From contig MFIO01000014.1 in the NCBI GenBank assembly GCA_001780775.1, positions 5,884 through 53,682 of the forward strand: a stretch of DNA of 47,799 nt, read 5' to 3'. The position numbers and the translations under genes were made by a program. This DNA comes from Candidatus Giovannonibacteria bacterium RIFCSPLOWO2_12_FULL_43_11c. Its GTDB lineage: Bacteria > Patescibacteriota > Minisyncoccia > JACPKW01 > UBA11713. Below are positions 36,467-46,980 of this stretch, piece after piece. Each line of letters begins with the position of its first letter. Position 1 is the first letter of the stretch. The notes under the pieces are model-generated. The model was given only the letters and a program-made list of their open reading frames with translations, had not been told where the DNA came from and made no database searches.

Positions 36467-39400
36467 TTAATATCTTGAGCGTGTTCGAGATTCCCTTCTT
36501 TCGCGGTGATATTCTTCCTCTATCTCTTCTTCATCTTTAGATTCGTAATCTTTTCGGTACCCTGTTCCGGCCGGAATTAAGCGTCCAATGATGACGTTTT
36601 CCTTAAGTCCGTGAAGTTTATCTTCTTTTCCTTCGAGTGATGCAGATATTAGGACGCGAGTCGTTTCCTGGAAGGAAGCGGCGGCCAAAAAACTCGAAGT
36701 TGAAAGCGCGGTTTTTGTAATCCCCAAGACTATCCCCGCTCCTTCGGCGACTTTCCCATTTTTCACAGAGACTTTTTCATTCTCCTCGATCAATTCGGTT
36801 TTCTCGATAACATCTCCGATCGCGAATTTCGTATCCCCGGAATCCTTAACCCTAATTCGGGAGAACATCTGCGAAACAATCACCTCAACGTGCTTGTCGT
36901 TTATGGACGCACCTTGCAAAGAATAAATTTTGCCAACTTCGCTTATTATATAATTTTGCGCCACAGACGTGCCCGAGAGCCCAAAAAGCTCTTTGATATC
37001 AATTGGCCCTTCGCACAAGGCTTGTCCTTTCTTAACTTCACTTTCTTTCTGCACAGTGAGCGATCTTCCAAAAGGAATTACAAATTCTTTTGTCTCCTCC
37101 CCTTTCTTTTTATTTTTTTCGCTAACCAAAATTTTAACCACTTTTTCCCTGCCACTATCCCCTATTTCGATAACCGTCCCGTCAACATCCGAAAGAACCG
37201 CAGCATTCTTTGGTAGACGCAGTTCGAAAATTTCTTCAATCCTCGGCAAACCCATTGTTATGTCCGAGGCTCCGGCAACTCCTCCGACATGGAAAGTCCG
37301 CATAGTAAGCTGCGTGCCCGGCTCGCCTATCGCCTGCGCGGCGACAATACCAACCGCTTCTCCCATTTTAACCGTAGCGTTCGAACCTAGATCGTACCCG
37401 TAGCATGTTTGGCAAAGTCCGCGTAAGGTCTGGCAAGAAATCGGAGAACGAAGCGTTACAATTTCAATTCCTGATTTATCTAATAAATCCGCATCTTCAT
37501 GCGATATAAGATGCCCTTTTTTGAAAATCAGTTTTTGATCCGCCCACTTCGCGTCCTGCGCCAAAACTCGTCCGAAAATCCTTGCGTTAAAAGATTTTCC
37601 GTACTCCTCAATATTTTTTCGGATTATCTTGAGGCCGGTCGTATCTTTGCAATCCTCTTCTCGAATAATCAGTTCCTGCGCGACATCGACAAGGCGGCGC
37701 GTAAGATATCCGGCATGCGCGGTCTTAAGCGCGGTATCCGCCGTTCCTTTTCTGGCGCCGTGTGTCGAGATAAAATATTCCAAAACGTTAAGGCCTTCCT
37801 TGTACGAAGATAGGATCGGGAGCTCTATTGTGCGGCCAGCCGGGTTTCGAACAAGTCCCTTCATTCCAGTCATTTGCGTCACCTGTGTCCAAGTTCCACG
37901 TGCGGCGGAAGAAACCATTAGATGTATAGGCCCCTCTTCATTCAAAACTGTCGGAACAATTTCATCAACTTTTCTTTTGACCTCCGCCCAAATCGAGATG
38001 ACTTTATCGTATCTCTCTTCGTCGGTAAGCAATCCGTCGTTATATTGTTCGTCTACTTTCTTTGCCTCTATTTGCGCTTCTTTTAATATCGCGCTTTTTT
38101 GTTCTGGCACTTTCAGATCGTCCATTCCCCAAGAAATCCCAGACACAGTCGCGTACTTAAATCCGAAAGATTTTATTTTGTCCAAAATTGGTGGCACTTT
38201 ATCGACTCCGTAATCAACGATTAATTTAGCGACAATTCTTTCCAAGATTTTCTTTTTAATATCTTCATTCATGTATTCGAAATCGTTCGGCAAGACGGAA
38301 TTGAATAAAAGCCTGCCGACGGACGTCTCAAAAATTCCGCCCTCATATTTCTTATACTTCGGAGTCATTGTTGCGCGAACTTTTATTTTAGCTTTCAGGT
38401 CCAAAATTTCGTAATCATAAGCTAAAACCGCTTCATTGGGATTCGAAAATATTTTTCCTTCTCCCTTTACGTCGGATCTTAATTTTGTGAGCCAATAGCA
38501 TCCGATAACCATATCCTGCGAAGGTGTGACTGTCGGATCGGCGGTTCCAGGTTTTAGAAGATTCTTGGTCGCCGCCATAATATCCGCCGCTTCCCGCTGA
38601 GCTTCTTCAGTAAGCGGGACGTGGACCGCCATTTGGTCTCCGTCAAAGTCGGCGTTGAAAGCGGAACAAACCATCGGGTGGATTTGGATCGCGTTTCCCT
38701 CAATCAAAATCGGCTGGAAAGCCTGAATTCCTAGGCGGTGCAAAGTCGGCGCGCGGTTCAATAAAACATATTTCCCTCGAATCACATCTTCCAATATCGC
38801 CCATACATCTGAAGTCACATCGTCAATCAATCTGTTGGCAGATCGTATATTATGCGCGAGGCCAGCGGTTATAAGCTTATTAATTACGAACGGGCGAAAA
38901 AGTTCCAATGCCATATGCTTCGGAAGCCCGCATTGATGTAGCTTAAGATCTGGTCCGACAACAATAACAGAACGCCCTGAATAATCCACGCGCTTCCCCA
39001 AAAGATTTTGGCGGAATCTGCCCTGCTTTCCTTTAAGCATGTCCGCAAGCGAGCGCAGAGGGCGTTTTTGCGCCTGCGATGTTGCGGCACCAGGCCCGCG
39101 CCTTATTGAATTATCCAAAAGCGCATCAACAGCTTCCTGGAGCATCCTTTTTTCGTTTCGAACAATCACTTCAGGGGCTTTTAGCTCCAAAAGTTTTTTC
39201 AAACGATTATTCCGATTTATTACTCTTCGGTAAAGGTCGTTTACATCGGATGTTGCGTGCCTTCCTCCTTCGAGCTGAACCATAGGGCGAAGCGCTGGAG
39301 GAGAAACTGGAATAATATTTAAAAACATCCACTCTGGACGAGTTCCGGACCTTTCCATCGCTTTGACGAGCGAGAGTCTCTTGATAACTTTTTTCCTCGC

Positions 39401-40135
39401 CAACGGATTTTCCGTTTCCTCTAGTTCTTTTTCAAGCTCCTTCCTAAGACTCGACATGTTTACATCTTTGCAAAGTTTAAATAGAGCTTCCGCCCCGATG
39501 CCCGCTTCAAAAACCTCGCCCCAGCGCAAAGAGAGCCTATGATACTCCACTTCAGACAAAACTCTTCTAATGCGGACACTGTCGATTTCTTTTTTGGCGG
39601 CATCCCATGCTTCTTTTAGGCTAGACTTGTCTTTCTCCTTCATCCCTTCTTTTTTTGCTTTAGATTTGAATTCTTTCTCAAGCTCCCTGTGTGATTCCTC
39701 TTTAGCTTTATCATTAACTTTAGTAATAATGTAGCCGGCGAAATATATCACTCTCTCCAATTCTGGAATCGATAGGTTCAAAACCAGCCCAACGCGAGAC
39801 GGGACTCCCCGCATAAACCATATGTGCGATACGGGCGAAGCAAGCCTTATGTGCCCCATACGCTCCCGGCGCACGATTGAGCGTGTTACTTCAACTCCGC
39901 ACTTGTCGCAAATTATTCCCTTGTACCTGATCCTGCGATATTTTCCGCAATAGCACTCGTAATCTTTTTCCGGGCCAAAAATGCGCTCGTCAAAAAGCCC
40001 GTCTTTCTCGGCTCTCTGCGTCCTGTAATTTATTGTCTCGGGTTTCGTAACCTCTCCTCTGGACCAAGCCAAAATTTTCTCGGGAGACGCGAGCCTGATT
40101 GAAATTGATTTAAAATCTGTTACTTTTGTTTCCAT
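36467..40135 (-). CDS. rpoC: RNA polymerase beta' subunit
   Basis: Zn finger CYCGKY...[30 protein letters not shown] and [13 protein letters not shown]. Confidence 0.99.
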   Translation of the reverse strand: METKVTDFKSISIRLASPEKILAWSRGEVTKPETINYRTQRAEKDGLFDERIFGPEKDYECYCGKYRRIRYKGIICDKCGVEVTRSIVRRERMGHIRLASPVSHIWFMRGVPSRVGLVLNLSIPELERVIYFAGYIITKVNDKAKEESHRELEKEFKSKAKKEGMKEKDKSSLKEAWDAAKKEIDSVRIRRVLSEVEYHRLSLRWGEVFEAGIGAEALFKLCKDVNMSSLRKELEKELEETENPLARKKVIKRLSLVKAMERSGTRPEWMFLNIIPVSPPALRPMVQLEGGRHATSDVNDLYRRVINRNNRLKKLLELKAPEVIVRNEKRMLQEAVDALLDNSIRRGPGAATSQAQKRPLRSLADMLKGKQGRFRQNLLGKRVDYSGRSVIVVGPDLKLHQCGLPKHMALELFRPFVINKLITAGLAHNIRSANRLIDDVTSDVWAILEDVIRGKYVLLNRAPTLHRLGIQAFQPILIEGNAIQIHPMVCSAFNADFDGDQMAVHVPLTEEAQREAADIMAATKNLLKPGTADPTVTPSQDMVIGCYWLTKLRSDVKGEGKIFSNPNEAVLAYDYEILDLKAKIKVRATMTPKYKKYEGGIFETSVGRLLFNSVLPNDFEYMNEDIKKKILERIVAKLIVDYGVDKVPPILDKIKSFGFKYATVSGISWGMDDLKVPEQKSAILKEAQIEAKKVDEQYNDGLLTDEERYDKVISIWAEVKRKVDEIVPTVLNEEGPIHLMVSSAARGTWTQVTQMTGMKGLVRNPAGRTIELPILSSYKEGLNVLEYFISTHGARKGTADTALKTAHAGYLTRRLVDVAQELIIREEDCKDTTGLKIIRKNIEEYGKSFNARIFGRVLAQDAKWADQKLIFKKGHLISHEDADLLDKSGIEIVTLRSPISCQTLRGLCQTCYGYDLGSNATVKMGEAVGIVAAQAIGEPGTQLTMRTFHVGGVAGASDITMGLPRIEEIFELRLPKNAAVLSDVDGTVIEIGDSGREKVVKILVSEKNKKKGEETKEFVIPFGRSLTVQKESEVKKGQALCEGPIDIKELFGLSGTSVAQNYIISEVGKIYSLQGASINDKHVEVIVSQMFSRIRVKDSGDTKFAIGDVIEKTELIEENEKVSVKNGKVAEGAGIVLGITKTALSTSSFLAAASFQETTRVLISASLEGKEDKLHGLKENVIIGRLIPAGTGYRKDYESKDEEEIEEEYHRERRESRTRSRY

Positions 40136-40139
40136 AATT

Positions 40140-43100
40140 TTAAATTCTGATAACTATGTCATCCTTGCCCCTCTCAACCTTTGCATTTTTTTCAACTTCT
40201 TCTTTGACTCCCTTTAGATCAACGTCAAGTCCCAAAGCTTTAAGCTCATTTACCAAAACATGGAAAGAGGCCGGCAAATTTGGGCTCTTGAATTTCTCTC
40301 CCCGAACGATAGCGTCGTAAGCCGCCGCGCGTCCCAAGACATCGTCCGATTTTATCGTCATCATTTCCTGCAAAGTATGCGCGGCTCCGTATCCCTCGAG
40401 CGCCCAAACTTCCATTTCCCCGAATCGCTGTCCTCCTCCCTGCGCCTTCCCTCCGAGAGGCTGCTGGGTAATTAGCGAATATGGCCCGATCGATCTCATG
40501 TGAATCTTATCTTCCACCATATGTATCAGTTTCATTATGTAAATCATCCCAACCGTTACTTCCTGATCAAATACCTCTCCGGTACGTCCGTCGGAAAGTT
40601 TAATCTTTCCGTGTTCTGGCAGACCTGCTTTTTTCAATTCGCCTTTTATCTCTTCTTCAGAAACTCCGTTCAGCGCCGGAGTTATCGCTTGATAATTGAG
40701 CGCCTTCGCGGCCCATCCCAAGTGCGTTTCCAAAATTTGCCCGATATTCATACGAGACGCAACTCCGAGAGGATTTAAAATTATATCAACCGGTGTGCCG
40801 TCCGGAAGATACGGCATCTCCTCAACCGGAAGAATTTTCGAGATGACTCCTTTGTTTCCGTGACGTCCAGCAAGCTTGTCTCCGACGGAAATTTTTCTCA
40901 ACTGCGCGATCTCAACCTGTACTCTTTTTATAACACCCGTATCTAGTTTATCTCCTCTTTCTCTCGAAAAAACTTTTATACCGACGACTCTTCCAGCTTT
41001 TCCGTGCGGAACGCGCATAGAAGTATCCTTGACATCCCTCGCTTTTTCTCCAAAAATCGCGCGCAGCAGCCGCTCTTCAGGAGTAAGCTCAACTTCGCCC
41101 TTGGGCGTAATTTTGCCAACTAAAATATCGCCAGATCGTACTTCCGCGCCGATTCTAATAATTCCCTCTTCGTCCAAATCCTTTAATTTTTCTTCGGAAA
41201 CATTCGGAATATCGTGCGTGGTTATCTCTGGCCCGAGTTTCGTATCCCGCACATCCACCATGAAATCCTCGATATGAATCGAGCTGAAAGTATCTTCCTT
41301 GACCAATCTCTCGGAAAGTATAATCGCGTCCTCAAAATTAGCGCCTCCCCATGAAAGAAAAGCTACAAGCAAATTCTGCCCGAGCGCTAAAACACCGTGA
41401 TCAGAAGAAGAAGTATCAGCAAGGACTTCTCCTTTTTCGACGACATCGCCAAGCTCTACGATGGGACGCTGATTGATGACGGTAAAATCATTCGAGCGCA
41501 AAAAATTTACCAAAGGATAATTGGTTTCTTTATTGGACGATTTGACCGTAATTCTTGAAGCATCTACCTGAGAGATAGTTCCGCCCTCACCCGCGACTGT
41601 AAGCCTTCCGGAATCTCGGGCGGCGCGTTCTTCTATCCCAGTTCCAACCAAAGGGGCTTGCGGCTTTATGCATGGAACCGCCTGCCTCTGCATGTTTGAA
41701 CCCATCATCGCGCGATTCGCGTCGTCGTGAGCGAGAAATGGTATAAGCGTAGTCGCGATTGAAAACGCCTGTTCCGAAGCGACTTCTATAAAATCTATTT
41801 CTTCTCTCTTCATCAATCCCGGAGAACCCTTAACCCTGCCTTCGGTTTCCGCGTCTAAAATCAATCCGCTCTTATCCATATTGGTACCGGCCTGCGCGAT
41901 ATTGTATTTCGCATCCTCAAAAGCTGTCATATACCTTATCTCATCCATGATCTTCCCTTCTTTAACTTTCCTATACGGAGTCTCCAAAATTCCGTATTTG
42001 TTCACTCTGGCGTATCCCGCAAGGTGAACAACAAGACCGATGTTCGGTCCTTCCGGAGTTTCAATCGGGCAAATTCTCCCGTAGTGCGACGGGTGCACGT
42101 CGCGAACCTCGAAGCCGGCGCGCTCTCGAGTTAATCCCCCGGGACCGAGCGCGGAGAGGCGGCGTAAGTGTTCGAGCTCGGATAAAACATTGACTTGGTT
42201 CATAAACTGGGAAAGCTGGTTAGTTGTGAAAAATTCTTTCAAAATCGCCATAAAGGGGCGTGCGTTTATTAGATGCGCGGGCGTGAGCGTTGTTTGATCG
42301 AGAGTTGACATTCTGTCTTGTATAGTTCGCTTCATTCTCGTCATTCCAACTCTTAACCTTTGTTGTAAAAGTTCGCCCAAGGAGCGGATTCTCCTGTTTC
42401 CGACATGATCAACATCATCCGCTTCCGCGTTTGGCGCTGAATTCAAAGTTAAGATATGCAAAATTATTTTAACCAAATCGTTGCCAGATAAAACTCTGGA
42501 AGTTGGGTCATCTGAAAGCCCAAGGCGCTGGTTTAATTTATACCGTCCAACAGACGAAAGATCATATCTTTCTCCTGAAAACATCGCAGATATAAGATCC
42601 TTCGCCGTCTCCATTGTTGCGGGCTCGCCCGGACGAAGCCTTTTATAAATTTCCATATAGGCCTCGGTTGCGTTTTTTGTCGGGTCCTTATCGAGCATTT
42701 TCTTTATGATCTGGTCAACTTCTCCATCTTTGGAAAACTTGCTTAAAATCTCCTCGTTCGTCTCAACGCCGAAGATCCTCAAGATGCAAGAAGCGGGAAT
42801 TTTTCTTTTACGATCAATTCTCGCGTAGAGAGCTCCGTCAGCGTCCGATTCAAATTCAATCCAGGCTCCTCTCGAAGGAATTATTTTCGCTCCGAAATAT
42901 TTTTTCCCGCGAGAAAAATTAGCGGTGAAATAAACTCCGAAGGAACGGGCTAACTGCGAAACGATGACGCGCTCAACGCCATTCACTATAAATGTTCCTC
43001 TGGGAGTCATTAATGGCATGTCCGCTAAAAATATTTCCTGCTCCTTCATCTCCCCGGTTTTCTTATTTGTGAGACGCGCCTTAACTCTCAAAGTCGCGTC

Positions 43101-43352
43101 GAATGATGCATTTTGCGCCTTCGCTTGATACTCATCGTATTTCGGCTCGTCTAAAACATAATCTATAAATTCCAATTCCAAATCCTCTCCGCCGTAATCC
43201 TTGATCGGGGAAGATTCCTTGAAAAGATCCTTAATTCCGTCGGACAGAAACCAGCGCCAGCTCTCGAGCTGGATTTCCGGTAAGTAAGGCAATGCGACTA
43301 AGGGTTCGCGATAATTAGAAAAATATTTTTTCTGCATAAAATTAACAACCAA
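40140..43352 (-). CDS. rpoB: RNA polymerase beta subunit (ATG 43337 is an alternative start)
   Basis: GTFIVNGVERV, HYGRICPIETPEGPNIGL, GSNMQRQAVP, GDKLAGRHGNKG and GQRFGEMEVWALE. Confidence 0.99.
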   Translation of the reverse strand: MVVNFMQKKYFSNYREPLVALPYLPEIQLESWRWFLSDGIKDLFKESSPIKDYGGEDLELEFIDYVLDEPKYDEYQAKAQNASFDATLRVKARLTNKKTGEMKEQEIFLADMPLMTPRGTFIVNGVERVIVSQLARSFGVYFTANFSRGKKYFGAKIIPSRGAWIEFESDADGALYARIDRKRKIPASCILRIFGVETNEEILSKFSKDGEVDQIIKKMLDKDPTKNATEAYMEIYKRLRPGEPATMETAKDLISAMFSGERYDLSSVGRYKLNQRLGLSDDPTSRVLSGNDLVKIILHILTLNSAPNAEADDVDHVGNRRIRSLGELLQQRLRVGMTRMKRTIQDRMSTLDQTTLTPAHLINARPFMAILKEFFTTNQLSQFMNQVNVLSELEHLRRLSALGPGGLTRERAGFEVRDVHPSHYGRICPIETPEGPNIGLVVHLAGYARVNKYGILETPYRKVKEGKIMDEIRYMTAFEDAKYNIAQAGTNMDKSGLILDAETEGRVKGSPGLMKREEIDFIEVASEQAFSIATTLIPFLAHDDANRAMMGSNMQRQAVPCIKPQAPLVGTGIEERAARDSGRLTVAGEGGTISQVDASRITVKSSNKETNYPLVNFLRSNDFTVINQRPIVELGDVVEKGEVLADTSSSDHGVLALGQNLLVAFLSWGGANFEDAIILSERLVKEDTFSSIHIEDFMVDVRDTKLGPEITTHDIPNVSEEKLKDLDEEGIIRIGAEVRSGDILVGKITPKGEVELTPEERLLRAIFGEKARDVKDTSMRVPHGKAGRVVGIKVFSRERGDKLDTGVIKRVQVEIAQLRKISVGDKLAGRHGNKGVISKILPVEEMPYLPDGTPVDIILNPLGVASRMNIGQILETHLGWAAKALNYQAITPALNGVSEEEIKGELKKAGLPEHGKIKLSDGRTGEVFDQEVTVGMIYIMKLIHMVEDKIHMRSIGPYSLITQQPLGGKAQGGGQRFGEMEVWALEGYGAAHTLQEMMTIKSDDVLGRAAAYDAIVRGEKFKSPNLPASFHVLVNELKALGLDVDLKGVKEEVEKNAKVERGKDDIVIRI

Positions 43353-43470
43353 AAACCCCTTATTCTTTAAGGGATTCGCTTTATATTAGGTTATTTATGA
43401 TTTATGGGTTTGCACCCTGGCCTATATTTAGGACGTGTAATTTTTCATCCAAAACTCAATCGTTATTTCC

Positions 43471-43498
43471 ATTATAGACGTATCCAAAAACATGTCAA
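43471..43498 (-). promoter_or_regulatory. Consensus sigma70 promoter of rpoBC
   Basis: TTGACA-16 nt-TATAAT. Confidence 0.75.
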
Positions 43499-43525
43499 CC
43501 CCGTTGTGTGTAAACAACGGGGTTG
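43496..43525 (-). terminator. Hairpin after the 43537 ORF, overlapping the rpoB -35 box
   Basis: caaccccgttgt-gtgtaa-acaacggggttg, 12-bp perfect arms. Confidence 0.65.
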
Positions 43526-43536
43526 GGTTAGAAGAG

Positions 43537-43794
43537 TTAATTAAATTCTCGAGGCTTGGTTTTTCTCAATGCTTGAACTTTCTTATTCCTAAGCCTTTTT
43601 AGGGTTTCTTGATGATCCAGGCCAAAGAGTTTAGCAATGCATCCGGAAGCTTCCCATAACTCCTTTTCGGTTGCGTCAACCCAAAAGAGTTTAAGTTTTT
43701 CCTCAAGTTCCTCCTTTCTCGCCCCCATAGATTTTTTGTTTCGAATCTCATAAGCCTCCAAAGCCAGAGTCAACCAAACAACAAAATTAGCCAT
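43537..43794 (-). CDS. Small hypothetical protein (start revised to ATG 43794)
   Basis: SD AAGGAGG before MANFVVW; upstream TTTACA-16-TATAAT. Confidence 0.6.
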   Translation of the reverse strand: MANFVVWLTLALEAYEIRNKKSMGARKEELEEKLKLFWVDATEKELWEASGCIAKLFGLDHQETLKRLRNKKVQALRKTKPREFN

Positions 43795-43858
43795 AGCCCC
43801 TCCTTTTACTGAAAACATTATACTCTCGAAAACGCTTTTGTAAACAAAAGGCAAAATG

Positions 43859-43886
43859 CCGTATTTGCGCTATCGCGTAAATACGG
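43859..43886 (-). terminator. Hairpin downstream of secF
   Basis: ccgtatttgcgc-tatc-gcgtaaatacgg (one mismatch). Confidence 0.55.
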
Positions 43887-43905
43887 GATAGATGAACTTG
43901 TGACT

Positions 43906-44793
43906 TTATGCCTTCTTCTCGCGGTAGTTATTCCAAGTGACAAGCAATGGCGAGGCGATAAAGATTGAGGAATAAGTTCCTGCGACAATGCCGATGATTA
44001 ATGCGAGGGCAAAATATTTTGTCGCCTCGGCACCAAGAAAAAATAGCGCAGTCAAAACGACGAGAACCGTGAGAGAAGTGTTAATGGAGCGGGTTAAAGT
44101 CTGGCTCAAAGATTTTCCCACCGTCTCTTCAAATGTTTCTTTCTTGGCAAGCGTCAGGTTTTCTCTAATTCGGTCGAAAACGACGATCGTATCATGAACG
44201 GAAAATCCGAGGACCGTTAAAATCGCTGTGACGAAAAGAGTGTCTACTTCTACTCCTTTAAAATGCCCGAGAAGCGAGAAAACTCCGAGCGGAATAAAAA
44301 CATCGTGGAAGAGGGCTATAACGGCAAAAATTCCGTAGAACCAAGATGAGACCGGGAGGGAAACTTTCCTGAAAGCAAAAGCGATATATAAAATAATCGC
44401 GACGAGCACCAAAATCATCGCCCAGATTGAGCGTGAGCGTAGTTCCTGACCAATCGTCGGCCCGATTGTATTCGCGCTCGAATCTTTAATCTCCCCCAAT
44501 TTCGAAAGTTCTATCGTGATTTTTTGCCGTTCATCCGTCGAAAGCTCGCGAGTTCTTATGGAAAACCCGGCATCTCCCGCGGGCTGGACAACAACTTGCC
44601 CCAAATTAAGCGCTTCCATTTTCTGCCGGACTATATTTATATCGGGGCGCGAACTATATTGAATTTCAATAAGCGAACCTCCGGTGAAATCAATCCCAAA
44701 TTTCAGCCCGTAAAAAGCGAGCGAAATAACGCTCGTCGCGACCAAAATTATCGAAAATATATAACTGAATTTTCTAATTCTAACTAGCCCCAT
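43906..44793 (-). CDS. secF: Protein translocase subunit SecF
   Basis: GIDFTGG, IGPTIGQEL, HDV, GFSVHDTIVVFDRIREN, TLTRSINTS and GTYSSIFIA. Confidence 0.97.
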   Translation of the reverse strand: MGLVRIRKFSYIFSIILVATSVISLAFYGLKFGIDFTGGSLIEIQYSSRPDINIVRQKMEALNLGQVVVQPAGDAGFSIRTRELSTDERQKITIELSKLGEIKDSSANTIGPTIGQELRSRSIWAMILVLVAIILYIAFAFRKVSLPVSSWFYGIFAVIALFHDVFIPLGVFSLLGHFKGVEVDTLFVTAILTVLGFSVHDTIVVFDRIRENLTLAKKETFEETVGKSLSQTLTRSINTSLTVLVVLTALFFLGAEATKYFALALIIGIVAGTYSSIFIASPLLVTWNNYREKKA

Positions 44794-46108
44794 ATAGAGT
44801 TCTCATTATCTTTCTTTCTTGGCCTTTGTTCGAAAATTCAAGAGCGCGTAAGAACGTCCTTGTTATCGTAATCGCGGAGAGCATGCTCAAAACAATGCCA
44901 AGCCCCAAAGTCAGCGCGAAACCGGAAACGCTCTGGCTACCGAGATAAAAAAGTATTACTGACGTGATTAAACTCGAAACGTTGGAATCCCTAATCGAAA
45001 GCCACGCACGGGAAAATCCCTCCTCCACCGCCATCGCGAGAGATTTTCCGCCGCGAAGTTCTTCTTTCGTGCGTTCAAAAATCAGAATATTCGCGTCAAC
45101 CGCCATACCGATAGATAAAATGAACCCGGCGATGCCTGCGGCGGTCAGATAAATTGGGATTAGTTTGAAAAGAGTTAGAGCAAGAGACGTGTAAATCAAA
45201 AGGGCGATGACGGCAATCAACCCTGGCAGGCGATAGAAAAAAATCAAAAATAGGGCGACCCCAATTATCCCGTAGAACCCGGCCTGAAGCATTCGATTCA
45301 AAGTATCCGCGCCAAGATAAGCGCCGAGAGTTTCTTCCTTAATCAAAGATATGGGAACTGGCAGAGCCCCGGAATTTAGGTTTCTGACAAATTTCCGCGC
45401 TTCCTCGCGAGAGAAATTTCCGCTGATGACCGCTTGTCCTTGCGTTATCTCCTCGCGAACAGTCGGCATGGAAATCGGGATGCCATCAAGAAAAATCGCC
45501 ACGGGCTTTCCTATATTTTCTTTTGTTATTTTCGCGAAAAGGTCGCGCCCCTCGTTGTTAAATTCGAGGCCGACGGTCGATTCCAAAGTTGTCTGATTAT
45601 ATTCCAACAAAGCCTTCTGCAAAAATCTTCCAGTAAGCTTCGTCGGCTCGAAGGAACCTAAGACTCCGACAAAATCTTGCGCATCCTGTTTTTTCTGAAG
45701 GTCTTCAATAGTCACACCTGTCTTAAGCGTCTGGAATTCGAGATAAGGCGTCTCGCCTATTATTTTTATCGCGTTATTTACGTCAAAAACTCCCGCCAGT
45801 TCCACGATTAGCCTATCTTCATCTCCCCTCTTTTTAACTTGAATTATCGGCTCGGATACTCCAAATAAATTTACGCGGTTCTCGATTATGTCCCGGAGCC
45901 CGGCCATCGCTTCCGATCTTTCGGAATCCGGGATGGAAGATGTGTCTGCCTTATATTCCAAACTTATCCCTCCCTGCAAATCCGGTCCTAAACTAAACTC
46001 TCTCTTTAAAAAATCAGGAGTAAAAGCAAAATGCCCGGCAATATCAAAATAACCGGCTAATATTCCCAAGATTATAAACAATGCCGCCAATATTCTCGAT
46101 TTCCACAT
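44780..46108 (-). CDS. secD: Protein translocase subunit SecD
   Basis: LGPDLQGG, RVNLFGVSEP, SGALPVP, GMAVDANILIFER and DSN. Confidence 0.97.
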   Translation of the reverse strand: MWKSRILAALFIILGILAGYFDIAGHFAFTPDFLKREFSLGPDLQGGISLEYKADTSSIPDSERSEAMAGLRDIIENRVNLFGVSEPIIQVKKRGDEDRLIVELAGVFDVNNAIKIIGETPYLEFQTLKTGVTIEDLQKKQDAQDFVGVLGSFEPTKLTGRFLQKALLEYNQTTLESTVGLEFNNEGRDLFAKITKENIGKPVAIFLDGIPISMPTVREEITQGQAVISGNFSREEARKFVRNLNSGALPVPISLIKEETLGAYLGADTLNRMLQAGFYGIIGVALFLIFFYRLPGLIAVIALLIYTSLALTLFKLIPIYLTAAGIAGFILSIGMAVDANILIFERTKEELRGGKSLAMAVEEGFSRAWLSIRDSNVSSLITSVILFYLGSQSVSGFALTLGLGIVLSMLSAITITRTFLRALEFSNKGQERKIMRTLYGAS

Positions 46109-46170
46109 ATATTGAAAAAGTTTAGCATATCTATTAGGATGGATACAATTTGCACGAATAAGGAGGCGGA

Positions 46171-46935
46171 ATGGACATTAAAATCATTGTAGCGGTTTCA
46201 AAAAATGGATTCATGGATATCCCCGGAGTTCAGATGTCAAAAGAAGACCGAGAATTTCTGAGAAGTAAAATTAAAGGCGAAGCGGTCATAATAAGCCGCG
46301 GCACATATGTAAACGCTCTGAAATTCAGGGGTGGCAAGCCTTTCGATTGCAGCGAGATTATTGTAATCACAACGAAAGAGAATCTTTCTTTTCCTAGGTG
46401 TCGCACTGGGGGCTCGCTCAGAAAGGGGCTTAGCTTACTCCAAAACAGAGAGAAAGTTATGGTGCTCGGAGGACAAAAACTTTATAGTGAAGCGTTGGCT
46501 CTGCCGGAAACATCTACAATCTACCTGACCGAAATAGATGTGGAATACGACGGGAAAGTAAAGTTCCCCGAATTCGATTGTTCTTACTTTAAGTTAATTC
46601 ACTCGGACTCGCACGATAACGCAAAACCGCCCGTCACCTTCAAAATATTCAAGCGATCTTGCCCCCTTTGTCTTTCACATCCGCGCAAGTTCTTCGGCAA
46701 TCCCGTAAAGGAAGAGGTTTTCTGGGATTTCTATCAGCATCGCGGGAGATATATTGCCATATACAAAAAAGGGCATACGCATGTGATAATGAGCAGAGAG
46801 GAAAGTCAAGAATTGGATAGCTTTGTCGCATGGTTAAAGTTTGAACACAGGGAAGGGTGGAAAACTCCCTGGCGCACTCTTGGGTTCGATCATGCGCATG
46901 TTTTTTTCAACTGGCGAGCCGTTGCTCCAAATTAA
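46171..46935 (+). CDS. Divergent dihydrofolate-reductase-fold protein fused to a C-terminal CxxC/HxH (HIT-like) domain
   Basis: IIVAVSKNG, ED..F, VLGGQKLY, IYLTEID..YDG...FP and TFKIF, then CPLC...GH...DHAHVFF; SD AAGGAGG. Confidence 0.7.
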   Translation: MDIKIIVAVSKNGFMDIPGVQMSKEDREFLRSKIKGEAVIISRGTYVNALKFRGGKPFDCSEIIVITTKENLSFPRCRTGGSLRKGLSLLQNREKVMVLGGQKLYSEALALPETSTIYLTEIDVEYDGKVKFPEFDCSYFKLIHSDSHDNAKPPVTFKIFKRSCPLCLSHPRKFFGNPVKEEVFWDFYQHRGRYIAIYKKGHTHVIMSREESQELDSFVAWLKFEHREGWKTPWRTLGFDHAHVFFNWRAVAPN

Positions 46936-46941
46936 AAAGAG

Positions 46942-46971
46942 ACCCAGTCCGAAAATATTCTCGGACTGGGT
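46942..46971. terminator. Bidirectional terminator between convergent genes
   Basis: acccagtccga-aaatattc-tcggactgggt, flanked by A and T tracts. Confidence 0.8.
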
Positions 46972-46980
46972 TTTAATAAT

